DNA of 64,000 bases. Source: Candidatus Latescibacterota bacterium (GTDB lineage: Bacteria > Latescibacterota > UBA2968 > GCA-2709665). The notes below the pieces were generated by a model. The model was not told the DNA's origin, searched no databases, and saw only the letters and a program-made list of their open reading frames with translations. The stretch covers positions 2,272,001 to 2,336,000 of the forward strand of contig OZ250150.1 in the NCBI GenBank assembly GCA_965237675.1. The letters run 5' to 3'. This document shows, piece after piece, positions 49,398 to 59,879 of this stretch. The position numbers and the translations under genes are program-made. The stretch's first letter is position 1. Every line of letters begins with the position of its first letter.

Positions 49398-51683
49398 GTG
49401 CGTGTTTCTTCCCATTCGCCGGAATCCAACCGGGTCACCTTCGCCCGGAGTCTGGGTTGTTTCGACGCGTCGATGATCGGCATCGGAGCGATGATCGGCG
49501 CGGGGATTTTCGTGCTGACCGGCATCGCGGCGGGCGAGGCGGGCCCGGCGTCGATTCTGGCATTCGCGCTCAATGGCCTGGTGACGCTGATGACGGCGTT
49601 CTGCTATGCCGAACTGGCTTCGGCGATTCCCGAGGCAGGCGGTGGATATTCTTTCGTCAAAAAGGCATTTCCCGGCCCGGTGGGATTTCTTTCCGGATGG
49701 ATGCTCTGGTTCGCCTATACGGTGGCCTGCAGTCTCTACGCGTTGGGGTTTGCAGGGTACTTCTGGGAGTTTTTCCACAAGTACCTGCCGGACGTCAGCC
49801 ATACGATACAGTCGACGGCCGGCGTGAAACCTTCGATCGCGCTGGTGACGGTAATCGTCAGCGGGCTGTTTGTCTGGTTGAACGTACGCGGCACGGAGGT
49901 GACGGGCAAGGCGGAGAACGTCATCACCATCTCCAAGATTCTCGTGCTTCTGGTTTTTGTCTGGTACGGGCTGATGCATATTTACGCCGCCCCCCAGGAG
50001 GCGGCGAAGAACTTCTCCCCATTTTTCCCGAAGGGGTTGGGCGGTGTGCTGGTGGCCATGGGGCTGACGTTTATCGCCTTTGAAGGGTACGATCTGATCG
50101 CGACCTTGGCCGAGGAAATCAAACAGCCAGAGAAGAATATTCCGAAGGCGACGTTTATTTCCCTGGGTGTGACGATGGTTGTCTATCTGCTGATCGTTTT
50201 TGTCTCGCTTGGCGCGGTTCAACCGGAGTCCACCATGTCGTGGGAGTTTCTGGGCCGGTATCAGGAAACGGCGATTGTGAAGGCGGCAGACAGTTTCATG
50301 CCGGCGTTTGGCGTGGCAACCATTGTCTTCGGCGGGCTTCTGTCCACCATGTCCGCGTTGAACGCCACGGTGCTGGCCTCCAGCCGCGTGGCCTTTTCGA
50401 TGGGCAGGGATCGGTGGCTGCCGGTGGGCATGGCCAGGATTCATTCCGACAGGCGGACACCGCATGTCGCGATTCTGGTCACCGGTTTGATTCTGATGGG
50501 CATTGCGCTGCTTCTGCCCATCCATGTGGTCGGGTCCGCGGCAAGCCTGATGTTTCTGCTCACGTTTACGCTTGTGAATCTGTCGCTGGTTGTCCTTCGC
50601 CGCCGGGCGCCGGAAATACAGCGCAGGTTCAGAGTACCGCTTTTTCCATGGTTGCCTCTGCTTGGCGCGTGTTCGAATATGCTCCTGGCGATTTATCAGT
50701 TTCGTTTCGATCCGATGGCATGGTACGTTGCGCTGGGTTGGATCGCGTTGGGATTTTTCGCGTATACCATCTATTTCCAGAAGGAATCGGGCCAGGCCGA
50801 GCCTCACGTTCTGGATGCGCTGCCTCTGGAGACCGCACGAGCGCCGTACCGCGTATTGGTACCCGTGGCCAATCCGAATACGATCGCGTCGTTGCTGGAT
50901 ATTTCCATTCCTGTTGTAAAGGCGAAAGATGGCGATCTGATCGTGAGTACCACGGTTGAGGTGCCCATCCAGTTGCCTATTCAGGAAGGAATGAAGTACA
51001 TCAACCACCGGATGCCCCTGTTGCGTACCGCTCAGGCATACACCCAGAAGCAGAACTTGCGAATGGTGTCCGACATCCGGGTGGCGCACAGGGTGGACGA
51101 AGGCATTCTCTCGGCGGTGTCGGACGAGCACGTGGACCTGCTGGTGATCGGCTGGAAGGGATACACGACCACGCGGGAACGGATTTTCGGAGAAGTACTC
51201 GACAGGGTGGTGAACCGCGCCACAGCCGACGTGGCGGTTGTCAAGTTACAGGAGCACGCCAGGTTCGATCGGATACTGCTGCCGACCGCCGGAGGACCCC
51301 ATACGCGGTTCGCCGTTGATTTGCTGGAGCCGATCGTCGCGGCTTACGACTCACGTGTGACGGCCTGCTACGTGATACCCGAAGATGCGGACGAGGAGCG
51401 GGAACGGGAGGCCATGGGGTGGATGCAACACACGCTGCGGGATGCGAATCTGGGCGACGTGGAATGCCGGGCGATCCGTTCCCGGTCCGTACCGGCGGGC
51501 ATTGTCAGGGCTGGAGCGGATTTCGATCTGGTGGTGATGGGCGCGGCGAATACAGGCCTGTTCCAGCAGCTTCTGTTCGGTGAGGTGCCGGACCGGGTGG
51601 GGCGTTTCGCCAAGACTTCGGTGATGCTGGTAAGAAAGCGCGAGGGCCGGGGGAAGGCCTGGCTGCGGCGATTGATGAGTTGA
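49398..51683 (+). CDS. APC amino acid permease with two C-terminal universal stress domains
   Basis: GAMIGAGIF, YAELAS..P.AGG.Y, AFEGY, then VLVPVANP and ILLPTAGGPH. Confidence 0.92.
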   Translation: MRVSSHSPESNRVTFARSLGCFDASMIGIGAMIGAGIFVLTGIAAGEAGPASILAFALNGLVTLMTAFCYAELASAIPEAGGGYSFVKKAFPGPVGFLSGWMLWFAYTVACSLYALGFAGYFWEFFHKYLPDVSHTIQSTAGVKPSIALVTVIVSGLFVWLNVRGTEVTGKAENVITISKILVLLVFVWYGLMHIYAAPQEAAKNFSPFFPKGLGGVLVAMGLTFIAFEGYDLIATLAEEIKQPEKNIPKATFISLGVTMVVYLLIVFVSLGAVQPESTMSWEFLGRYQETAIVKAADSFMPAFGVATIVFGGLLSTMSALNATVLASSRVAFSMGRDRWLPVGMARIHSDRRTPHVAILVTGLILMGIALLLPIHVVGSAASLMFLLTFTLVNLSLVVLRRRAPEIQRRFRVPLFPWLPLLGACSNMLLAIYQFRFDPMAWYVALGWIALGFFAYTIYFQKESGQAEPHVLDALPLETARAPYRVLVPVANPNTIASLLDISIPVVKAKDGDLIVSTTVEVPIQLPIQEGMKYINHRMPLLRTAQAYTQKQNLRMVSDIRVAHRVDEGILSAVSDEHVDLLVIGWKGYTTTRERIFGEVLDRVVNRATADVAVVKLQEHARFDRILLPTAGGPHTRFAVDLLEPIVAAYDSRVTACYVIPEDADEEREREAMGWMQHTLRDANLGDVECRAIRSRSVPAGIVRAGADFDLVVMGAANTGLFQQLLFGEVPDRVGRFAKTSVMLVRKREGRGKAWLRRLMS

Positions 51684-51694
51684 GAGGAGACACC

Positions 51695-52969
51695 ATGTTG
51701 AACGGAGGCGCAATCAGCCTGGACATCACGCCGCCACTGGGAACGCTGATTCCGGGTCTGTTTCACGAACGCCGGGCCGAGGCGGTTCACGATCCGCTGC
51801 ACGTGCGCGGTTTTGTGCTGGAACGCGACGGCGCGGGTATCGCGATCGTCGTATGCGATCTGATTGGCGTGGCGCGGGCCTATCTGGACCGGGCGAAAGC
51901 TCGGATCGCCGAAACCACAGGGCTGGCGCCTGAACGGGTGCTGATTTGCTGTACGCATACCCATACGGGCGCACAGACGGGGGATGACGCCTACACGGAA
52001 TTTCTCGTGGAACGGATTGCGGATTCCGTACGCCTGGCCTGGCACGGACGCGGCGAGGTGACGGCGGGCTGGGGACGCGCCGAAGAGGATCGGCCTGTAT
52101 TCAACCGGCGTTTTCATATGGCCGATGGCACGGTGCGAACCAACCCCGGCCTGGGCAATCCGGACGTGGTACGGCCCGCCGGCCCCGTGGATCCTGAGGT
52201 GGGGGTGCTCTGCCTCCGGAAACCGGACGGCATGCCCCTGGGGTTGTTGTGCAATTACGCGTTGCACTACGTGGGCGGGGGAGATCACGAGCGGGCGATT
52301 TCGGCAGACTATTTCGGGTATTTTGTACGTCTGATCCAGCGGATGCGAGGCCAACGGTTCACGGCGGCGCTTTCGAACGGCGCTTCGGGCGACATCAACA
52401 ATCACGATGTCATGGGTGGAAGCAGAGGCGCAAACGACCGGTACCAGCATACGGAGCGCGTCGCCGCGCTGGTGGCGGCCCAGGCCTTCTGGGCCTGGAA
52501 CGAAATGGAATTCGCCGGCGACCTGACCCTGGGCGCCGAGATGGTCGAAGTGACGCTGAAACGGAAGGCAGGCCCTTCTCCGGCAGATATCGCCCGGGCT
52601 CAGGAAATCCATGAAAAGGGTCGAGGAACCATGGCGGAGCGGGCATTCGCCCGGCGGATTCTGCGACGGATGGCGGAAGTGCCGGAGGAGACGCGAACGT
52701 GGGTGCAGGCGTTACGGATCGGCGACCTGGCCCTGGTGGGCGTGCCCGGAGAATTGCTGGTACGACTCGGGTTGGAAATCAAGAATCGGTCTCCGTTCGG
52801 GCAGACGATGGTGCTGGAACTGGCCAACGACAGCGTGGGATATCTGCCCGACCAGCAAGCCTATAAAGAGGGGGGCTACGAACCCGAAGCCGCCCTGTTT
52901 ACGCCGGGTTCGGGCGAGCGGATTGTGGAAGCGGCCGTTGGCCTGCTGGACCGGTTGTATCGATCATAG
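51695..52969 (+). CDS. Neutral/alkaline ceramidase-like amidohydrolase
   Basis: DITPPLG, VHDPL, CTHTHTG, FNRR, GPVDPEV, NYALH, PGE, GGYE. Confidence 0.82.
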   Translation: MLNGGAISLDITPPLGTLIPGLFHERRAEAVHDPLHVRGFVLERDGAGIAIVVCDLIGVARAYLDRAKARIAETTGLAPERVLICCTHTHTGAQTGDDAYTEFLVERIADSVRLAWHGRGEVTAGWGRAEEDRPVFNRRFHMADGTVRTNPGLGNPDVVRPAGPVDPEVGVLCLRKPDGMPLGLLCNYALHYVGGGDHERAISADYFGYFVRLIQRMRGQRFTAALSNGASGDINNHDVMGGSRGANDRYQHTERVAALVAAQAFWAWNEMEFAGDLTLGAEMVEVTLKRKAGPSPADIARAQEIHEKGRGTMAERAFARRILRRMAEVPEETRTWVQALRIGDLALVGVPGELLVRLGLEIKNRSPFGQTMVLELANDSVGYLPDQQAYKEGGYEPEAALFTPGSGERIVEAAVGLLDRLYRS

Positions 52970-53039
52970 ACGCCGGCGCGGATCGGTCTGAACGTGGAAG
53001 ACAGGCCGATGTCCGGCCTGAAATATACGAGGAGGAACT

Positions 53040-54083
53040 ATGTCCGATAAGGTACGTATCGGAGTGATTGGCGCCGGCGGCATTTTCCGCAGCCGGCATT
53101 TCCCGGGGTTGGCGAAGATCAGAGATGCGGAGGTGGTCGCCATCTGTAACCGGAGCGAGGAGAGCGCGGGGGCAATCGCCCGTGAGTTCGGCCTCTCGCC
53201 GAGACTGATGACGGATCCTTACGCGTTGATCGCGAGCGAGGACGTGGACGCGGTGATGATCGGTACCTGGCCGTACCGGCACTGCGAATATGTGCTGGCG
53301 TCGCTGGAGGCGGGAAAGCATGTCTTCGTGCAGGCGCGGATGGCGATGAATCTGCGCGAGGCAAAGGCCATGTACGCCAGGGCGCTGGAGACGGGTCTGG
53401 TAGCGCAGATCTGCCCGTCGCCCATGGCGATGAAGGGCGACGGGCTCATTCAGCGGCTGATCCGTGAGGGATACCTGGGCGACATCTATCATGTCTATAC
53501 CCGGTCGTTCAGTGGAGACAGCTGCGACCCCGAAAATCCGCTGCACTGGCGGCAAGTCGACCGGTATTCCGGAGTGAACGCGCTGAACATGGGCATCCTG
53601 GTGGAAATTGTGCACCGCTGGGCCGGTCAGATGAAGACGATATCGGCGCAGGCCGAGACGTTCATCAGGACACGGTCGACCGAGGGTGGGAAGGGGACGG
53701 GGCCGGTGGAGCGCCCGGATTCGGTGCATATCATGGGCCAGATGGAAAACGGCGCCCAGGCCGCGTTTCTGTTTTCCTCGGTGGCGCGGTTCGGCGTGGA
53801 TCCGCAGGTGGAGCTCTATGGCAGCCGGGGAACGTTGATTTATAAGTTGAACAGCGATACCCTTCTGGGCGGAAAGGCCGGAGAGGGCGCGCTGTCGGAG
53901 ATTCCCATTCCGGATGACGAAGCCCGAGAGTGGACCGTGGAGCAGGATTTCGTGAGCGCGATTCAGGGTGGGCCTCCCGGCGATACCACGTTCGAAGCGG
54001 GTGTGAACTATATGGCGTTTACCGAGGCGGTGTTCAGATCCGTGGAACGGGGCGGCGTGGTGCATCTGCCCCTTGTGGATTGA
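53040..54083 (+). CDS. Gfo/Idh/MocA oxidoreductase
   Basis: IGVIGAG, DVDAV.IGTWPY.H, AGKHVFVQARMA. Confidence 0.9.
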   Translation: MSDKVRIGVIGAGGIFRSRHFPGLAKIRDAEVVAICNRSEESAGAIAREFGLSPRLMTDPYALIASEDVDAVMIGTWPYRHCEYVLASLEAGKHVFVQARMAMNLREAKAMYARALETGLVAQICPSPMAMKGDGLIQRLIREGYLGDIYHVYTRSFSGDSCDPENPLHWRQVDRYSGVNALNMGILVEIVHRWAGQMKTISAQAETFIRTRSTEGGKGTGPVERPDSVHIMGQMENGAQAAFLFSSVARFGVDPQVELYGSRGTLIYKLNSDTLLGGKAGEGALSEIPIPDDEAREWTVEQDFVSAIQGGPPGDTTFEAGVNYMAFTEAVFRSVERGGVVHLPLVD

Positions 54084-54283
54084 TTGTCCCGCCCGGGCGG
54101 CGGACCGAACCGCCGGCTCCGCATTTCCGTCCGGCCGCGTTCCGGTTTCCGCGAAATTAGAGACGTCGACGTCCACCCGGCAACCGGTGAACCGGAAAAT
54201 GGGTACTGCCCGGCGGGGAAGCGTTCCACCGGCCGTTTGACGTTGACTGAAGGGCGTTGGTACAATCCGAAAGGAACGGTGTC

Positions 54284-55300
54284 GTGGCAGCAGAATATCG
54301 AATCGCAGTGGTGGGCACGGGGTATATCGGCCTGGAGCATATCAAGGCGATTGCGGGGCATCCGCAGGCGGCGTTGTATGCGATCTGCGGATCGGAGCGC
54401 AGCGCGGGTCGATTGAACGAACTGAAAGCCGAATACGGGGCCCAAAGGGTGACGGCGGACTACGGGCAGATTGTGTCGGACGAAGCGGTCGACGTGGTCT
54501 ATCTGTGCACACCGAATAGATTGCACGCCGACGAGGCCGTGGCGGCGCTGGAAGCCGGCAAGCACGTGTTCTGCGAAAAGCCGATGGCGACCACGTTGCA
54601 GGACTGCCGTCGGATGGTCGCCGCGGTAACGGGGTCGGGCAGGCAGCTGATGGTGGGCCATGGGGCGCGTTTCAGGCCGTTGCACCGTGCGGTGAAGGAC
54701 CTGTACGAAGCGGGCAAGCTTGGAGAGGCCTGTTTCTGCGAGTCGGATTATGTCCATTCGCTGGGACCGTTTCTCCGGGGTCCGGGGCACCGGTGGTGGC
54801 GGCACCGGGACGAAGGGCAATTCGCGGTGATCGGCGGCGCGTGCCATCCCCTGGACCTGATGCGCTGGATTGCGGGTGAATTGGAGGAGGTATCGGCGTA
54901 TGGCGTTACGAAGGTTCTGCACGACGTGGGCTGGCACGATACGGTGATTGCGTCGCTGAAGTTCAGGAGCGGCGCGGTTGGAAAGTGCCTGGTGTCCGTG
55001 GGAGCGCCGCGGCCGTATTCGATGACGTTCAATCTGTACGGAACAGAGGGCACGGTGGAGGAGAACCGGCTCTATCTGAAAGAGTTCGGAGAGATCGAGG
55101 CATTTGCGGAGATCCCGTTTCCGGTGTTGGGCGAAGTGCACGCCTGCGCCGAAGAACTGACGCACTTTCTGCACTGTCTGGATTCGGGTCAGACGCCGAT
55201 GATCGACGTGCGGGACGGCGCGCGTACGATGGCGGCGTGTTTCGCGGTGGCGCAATCGATACAAACGGGCAGGCCCGCCAGGGTGGTGACGGAATTCTGA
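54284..55300 (+). CDS. Gfo/Idh/MocA oxidoreductase (start approximate)
   Basis: VVGTGYIG, TPN.LH, GKHVFCEKPMA, ACHPLDL. Confidence 0.9.
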   Translation: MAAEYRIAVVGTGYIGLEHIKAIAGHPQAALYAICGSERSAGRLNELKAEYGAQRVTADYGQIVSDEAVDVVYLCTPNRLHADEAVAALEAGKHVFCEKPMATTLQDCRRMVAAVTGSGRQLMVGHGARFRPLHRAVKDLYEAGKLGEACFCESDYVHSLGPFLRGPGHRWWRHRDEGQFAVIGGACHPLDLMRWIAGELEEVSAYGVTKVLHDVGWHDTVIASLKFRSGAVGKCLVSVGAPRPYSMTFNLYGTEGTVEENRLYLKEFGEIEAFAEIPFPVLGEVHACAEELTHFLHCLDSGQTPMIDVRDGARTMAACFAVAQSIQTGRPARVVTEF

Positions 55301-55335
55301 ATCGGGTTGCGGCTGGTCACGGAGAGAGATGCAGG

Positions 55336-56205
55336 ATGGGTGACGTGCGGCTGGTGGCGTTTGATCTGGACGGCACGGTGCTGGATGACATGGGGATGAT
55401 TTCAGGCGCGTCCGTCGAAGCGCTGCGGCGTCTGATGAACGCGGGAATTCCTCTGGCTTCGATCAGCGGACGTAACGTAAGCAAGAGCCTGGCGCCGTTT
55501 CCTCCGGATCTGCGGTTGGAGTTGAACGTGGGCAGCTACAACGGGGCGATTGTTTTGGGAGACGGGCCGGATGACACGCGTCGTCTGTTGCACGAACAAC
55601 GTCTGCCGCGGGAGGGTTTTGCCGAACTGTTGAATTTTATCGGTGATTGGAGTTTGAATTTCATCTACTGCGGATGCGAAGTCGACGGTCGTGGCTTGAA
55701 TGAGGTCTATGTGACGGATGAGGAGACCGGGCCGATTCGAAGGCTGGTGCAAATGACCGGTGTGGATATCCTGGTTGACGGGGATCTTTTCGACAGGATG
55801 CGGCAGCGGGAACTCGTGCCGCCGCCGAAGATGATTGTGCTGCCGGGCCCCGCGCGAAGGGAAGCGGTGTTCGAGGGGATGCGTGCGGCGTTCGAGCGAC
55901 GTTTCTATCTGGCGCGCACGGGGGACGACCGGATTGAGATCATGCATCCTGAGGTGAACAAGGCGGTGGCACTGCGGAAGCTCTGCGACGCGTGCGGTGT
56001 TTCCCCTTCGCAGGCGCTGGCGGTCGGAGACGGGGACAACGATCTCCCGATGCTGAGGGCGGCGGGCATCGGCGTATTGATGGGGAACGCGGATGACCTG
56101 ACCAGGGCTTCGACCGCCGGGACCGGTGTGCGGATGGCCGAGTCTCTGGCGGAGGACGGGTTTTCAAAAACGGTGGCGCGGTACGTTCCGGACGTTCGAA
56201 GTTGA
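55336..56205 (+). CDS. Cof-type HAD hydrolase
   Basis: FDLDGT, SGR, YNGA, VNKA, GDGDNDLPML, MGNA. Confidence 0.9.
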   Translation: MGDVRLVAFDLDGTVLDDMGMISGASVEALRRLMNAGIPLASISGRNVSKSLAPFPPDLRLELNVGSYNGAIVLGDGPDDTRRLLHEQRLPREGFAELLNFIGDWSLNFIYCGCEVDGRGLNEVYVTDEETGPIRRLVQMTGVDILVDGDLFDRMRQRELVPPPKMIVLPGPARREAVFEGMRAAFERRFYLARTGDDRIEIMHPEVNKAVALRKLCDACGVSPSQALAVGDGDNDLPMLRAAGIGVLMGNADDLTRASTAGTGVRMAESLAEDGFSKTVARYVPDVRS

Positions 56206-56270
56206 ACGCAAGCGTCTGGTCAATGTCTCTTCGCTTCGGCCGCACGGGCGAGTGGAACCGGCAACGTGTT

Positions 56271-57038
56271 TCACGCCGGGCGGGTTTCGGAATCTTCCGC
56301 GATCCGCGCCTGGAGGTCCACGCTGCTGGACAGAATGTGTTCTTTCATGGCCTGCTGCGCGGCTTCGGCATCGCCGCTCCGGAGGGCCCGCAGGATTTTT
56401 CCGTGTTCGTCCAGCGACATCCGGGCACGCGCCTCCGCCGTGTGCGTTGCGGGTTCTTCCAGGCTGGCTTTGATCCACTGCTGAAGGTAGTTGCGTATCA
56501 TGACAAGGAGGTTGCAGAGGATCGAATTCTGCGTGGCACGTGCAATGGCCAGGTGGAATTGGACGTCGAATTCCAGGAATTCCGCGGGCTGGTCGAGTGA
56601 TGTTTCGATTCCCCGGATGGTCCGGTCGAGTTCCCTGAGGTCACCTTCCGTGGCGCGCTTTGCGGCCAGAAATGCGTTCTGGGATTCCAGCATGAGCCGG
56701 GTCTCGACGAGATCCTTGACTTCCTTCGGGTCCAGCAGCAGACCCCATCGCAGGGATTTTTCCAGGTAGCGGCCGCTGTTGTCGCTCACGAACGTACCCT
56801 CGCCGACCCGGCTTTCCAGGATTCCCATGACAGCGAGTGAGCGGAGCGCTTCCCTCAGGGAGGTCCGGCCAACCTCGAACTGTTTGCAGAGTTTTCTTTC
56901 GGGCGGCAGCCGATCGCCCGGTTTCAGCACGTCGCGGGAGATCAGGTCGATGATCTGCGCGACAATTTCGTCGCTGAGCGAGGTGCGCCTGACGGGCGTC
57001 ATCTGTTCAACGGGCGGGGCCTTCCGTTGTTGATTCAC
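56271..57038 (-). CDS. GntR/FadR family transcriptional regulator
   Basis: LKPGDRLPPER.L...VGRTSLREAL...GEGTFV plus FCD domain (D..FH...N...H). Confidence 0.95.
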   Translation of the reverse strand: MNQQRKAPPVEQMTPVRRTSLSDEIVAQIIDLISRDVLKPGDRLPPERKLCKQFEVGRTSLREALRSLAVMGILESRVGEGTFVSDNSGRYLEKSLRWGLLLDPKEVKDLVETRLMLESQNAFLAAKRATEGDLRELDRTIRGIETSLDQPAEFLEFDVQFHLAIARATQNSILCNLLVMIRNYLQQWIKASLEEPATHTAEARARMSLDEHGKILRALRSGDAEAAQQAMKEHILSSSVDLQARIAEDSETRPA

Positions 57039-57132
57039 GCGGCTGTCCTTTTATAACGCTATACTTTTCAGATATTAAAGCTAAATTCTCCGTGTGCGGA
57101 GCCGAACACGGGCCGGGACGGCAAGTTTTCAC

Positions 57133-57184
57133 TTTACAAAGATCCGTTTTTCGGTTAATCTTATATCGGAAATTGGTCAGACCA
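57133..57184 (+). promoter_or_regulatory. Promoter and FadR-type operator of the corrinoid cluster
   Basis: TTTACA-17 nt-TAATCT followed by aatTGGTcagACCA, matching the FadR-subfamily TGGTnnnACCA consensus. Confidence 0.75.
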
Positions 57185-57252
57185 TCATCACAATAACAAA
57201 AGAACAGACCGGGTTCCCTGCTGTCAAGAGAAAACTTGCCGGAGGTGGCGCG

Positions 57253-57882
57253 ATGGGCCTAACAGTCGATATCGGCGGGCGGATTGAACTGGTGTCCATG
57301 GATCCGCATTTTCATGAAATCACGATTGGCCTGTACCGGCAGGAGCACCACGGAGGTCCGGCGTATCGCGTGCACACATACAGTGGAAGAACCGGTGCCG
57401 ACGAGCGAATCGGGTTTGTCGCGGACGCGATGACGGTGCTGGGCGGAATGGAGCAGACACCGGACGGGCTGGTGCGCTTTCCGTGCGGAGAGGCACACGA
57501 ACTGGCCTGCCGACGGGTATTTCTGGAAGCGTGCAAGCTTGCGTCCGGAAGCGAGGTCGTAGGCCGCCCGCTGGGGATCCTCGACAGGAAGTCGGGTTTG
57601 AATGTGACGGTGTCCCGTCTGGGGGAGGGTGTGTACCGCGTCGGCGCCGAAGGGGAGGGGAAAGACGGCGCGCGGAGGACCTCGGCAATTGCGGGCGGGC
57701 TGGTCAAACTTGGAGAAATGCAATCCGTGGACTCGGATACGGTCGCTTTTTCGTGCGGACACGCCCACGACGAGGCGTTGGGGCTGCTTCTGGTTCGCGC
57801 CCCGAACGTCCGGTCTGCGGTTCGTGAGCAGGAGATGGCGGGGTCACGCGGCGTTCTTGCCTCACCAAGCCAGCAGAGGTAG
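57253..57882 (+). CDS. Hypothetical protein with two internal repeats, each carrying F.CG.AH
   Basis: GGAGG RBS; FPCGEAHE and FSCGHAHD. Confidence 0.75.
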   Translation: MGLTVDIGGRIELVSMDPHFHEITIGLYRQEHHGGPAYRVHTYSGRTGADERIGFVADAMTVLGGMEQTPDGLVRFPCGEAHELACRRVFLEACKLASGSEVVGRPLGILDRKSGLNVTVSRLGEGVYRVGAEGEGKDGARRTSAIAGGLVKLGEMQSVDSDTVAFSCGHAHDEALGLLLVRAPNVRSAVREQEMAGSRGVLASPSQQR

Positions 57883-57926
57883 TGTTCTGTCCCGAATTCA
57901 GGCAACCTATTTTCGGGACAGAACAC
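57880..57926. mobile_element. Internally deleted MITE M1 at a TAG stop codon
   Basis: tagtgttctgtcccg...cgggacagaacac. Confidence 0.7.
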
Positions 57927-57976
57927 CGGGGTCTGCCGCGCTGCGCAAATGACGTTTCAGACAGGAGATTTGGAAT

Positions 57977-59014
57977 ATGGGGACTCAAACCGTGGGTCCG
58001 ATGACCTCCCGCGAGCGTGTTCTGGCGGCGTTGAAGAGAGAGCCGGTAGACCGGACGCCGGTGTGCAATCCGACATCGGTGGCGACGGTGGAACTGATGG
58101 ATCTCGTGGATGCGCCTTTTCCGAATGCGAACCGAAACGCGGAACTGATGGCCAGGCTGGCGGCGACCGGGCATACCGAGTTGGGGTTCGATACGATCAT
58201 GCCGGTGTTCACGATCATCCAGGAGTCGTCGGCGCTGGGCTGCAAGATTCAGTGGGAACAGAAGGACAACTGGCCCACGGTGAAGATGCGTGAGCCCATC
58301 TGGGAGGACGTGGACGACATCCGGATTCCCCACAATCTGCTCACACACCGGGATACGAAGTGCGTGCTGGATGCGATTCGGATTCTTAAAAAGGAATTCG
58401 GGGATGACGTGGCCGTTATCGGTAAGACGATGGGCCCATGGTCGCTGGGATACCACTGCTTCGGGGTGGAACCCTTTCTACTGATGTCCCTGGACGACCC
58501 AGGCAGGACGAAGGCCTGCCTGGACAGGATGAAAGAAGTGACCGTGGCGTTCGGAGTGGCGCAGATCGAAGCGGGCGCCGACGCACTCACGCTGCCCGAT
58601 CACGCCACGGGCGACCTGGTGAGCGGGGAGTATTACAAGCGGTATCTGCGCGATCTGCACATCGAATTCGTGGAGCGGATTCCGATTCCGCTGATTCTGC
58701 ACATCTGCGGGCGGACAGTGGATCGGATGGAGTATATCGCACAGACGGGGATGTCCGCATTCCATTACGACTCGAAGAACGAGCCGGGAGAATCCATGGC
58801 GGTGGTCAAGGAGCGGATCTCGCTGGTGGGCAACATCAACAATCCTGAAACGCTGTTTTCAAAGGGGCCCGAAGCGGTTCGCAAGGAGGTCATCAAGAAC
58901 CTGGACGCCGGCGTGCATCTTGTCGGGCCCGAGTGCGCGATTCCATTGCAGACGTCAATCGAGAACCTCAAGGAGATTCCCGGGGCGGTGCGAGACTGGC
59001 ACAGGGAGCGATAG
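57977..59014 (+). CDS. MtaA/CmuA family (URO-D fold) corrinoid methyltransferase
   Basis: MTSRERVLAAL...VDRTPV, ALGC.I, LHICG, LVGNI, PECAIP zinc ligands. Confidence 0.9.
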   Translation: MGTQTVGPMTSRERVLAALKREPVDRTPVCNPTSVATVELMDLVDAPFPNANRNAELMARLAATGHTELGFDTIMPVFTIIQESSALGCKIQWEQKDNWPTVKMREPIWEDVDDIRIPHNLLTHRDTKCVLDAIRILKKEFGDDVAVIGKTMGPWSLGYHCFGVEPFLLMSLDDPGRTKACLDRMKEVTVAFGVAQIEAGADALTLPDHATGDLVSGEYYKRYLRDLHIEFVERIPIPLILHICGRTVDRMEYIAQTGMSAFHYDSKNEPGESMAVVKERISLVGNINNPETLFSKGPEAVRKEVIKNLDAGVHLVGPECAIPLQTSIENLKEIPGAVRDWHRER

Positions 59015-59100
59015 TACAAACGCGGCAGCGCAAGTAACACAGATTCCGGCACCGCCTGCTTGAACGGGCGGCGCCGGCATGTCAAAAGGGCACGGGAATT

Positions 59101-59871
59101 ATGGCGGAAATTACCGATATCGAAAACGAATTCATTCGTGACGAGATCGAGGAGTTTCTCGAACGGGAAGACGAGCGGGAGCGGACGATCGCCACGTTTG
59201 CCAGTGTCAGTCGGGAAATGCAGGCGATCGCCGCGGCGTTGATCGACGGCGCCCACCACGAGGTGGACGCGTTGACCAAGGCTGCCCTCGATGGGGGCAC
59301 CGAGGCATTGCAGGTCATGGACGACGGGTTGATCGCGGGAATGGGCATTGTGGGGATCAAGTTTCGGGAAAATTTCATCTTTGTTCCGGAAGTGCTGGCC
59401 TGCGCCAGGGCGATGAAGGCCGGGATGGCGTATATAGAACCCATTCTGTCCGCGTCGGGCATCGAGCCTATCGGTACGGTGATTATGGGCACGGTAAAGG
59501 GCGACCTGCACGATATTGGAAAAAACCTCTGCATTATGATGCTTCGTGGCACCGGTTTTGTCGTTCACGATCTGGGGGTGGACACGTCTGATGACGAATT
59601 CTTGGATGCCGTGGAGGAGCATGGGGCGCCGCTCTTGGGGATGTCGGCGCTGCTGACGACGACCATGCCCAATATGGGTAAAACGATCGAGGCGTTTATC
59701 GATGCGGACCTGCGGGAGGACGTAAAAATCATGGTGGGCGGCGCGCCGGTCACGCAGGAGTTCGCGGACGATATGGGCGCAGACGGGTACGGCAAGGACG
59801 CGATGGCGTGCGTAGCCCTTGCCAAGCAACTGCTGGACGAGATGAAGGAAGAGGCCAACCTGAACGTGTGA
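59101..59871 (+). CDS. Corrinoid (B12-binding) methyl-carrier protein
   Basis: GLIAGM..VG..F....IFVPEV, GTVKGDLHDIGKNL, SALLTTTM, GGAPVT. Confidence 0.95.
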   Translation: MAEITDIENEFIRDEIEEFLEREDERERTIATFASVSREMQAIAAALIDGAHHEVDALTKAALDGGTEALQVMDDGLIAGMGIVGIKFRENFIFVPEVLACARAMKAGMAYIEPILSASGIEPIGTVIMGTVKGDLHDIGKNLCIMMLRGTGFVVHDLGVDTSDDEFLDAVEEHGAPLLGMSALLTTTMPNMGKTIEAFIDADLREDVKIMVGGAPVTQEFADDMGADGYGKDAMACVALAKQLLDEMKEEANLNV

Positions 59872-59879
59872 GCCCGACC

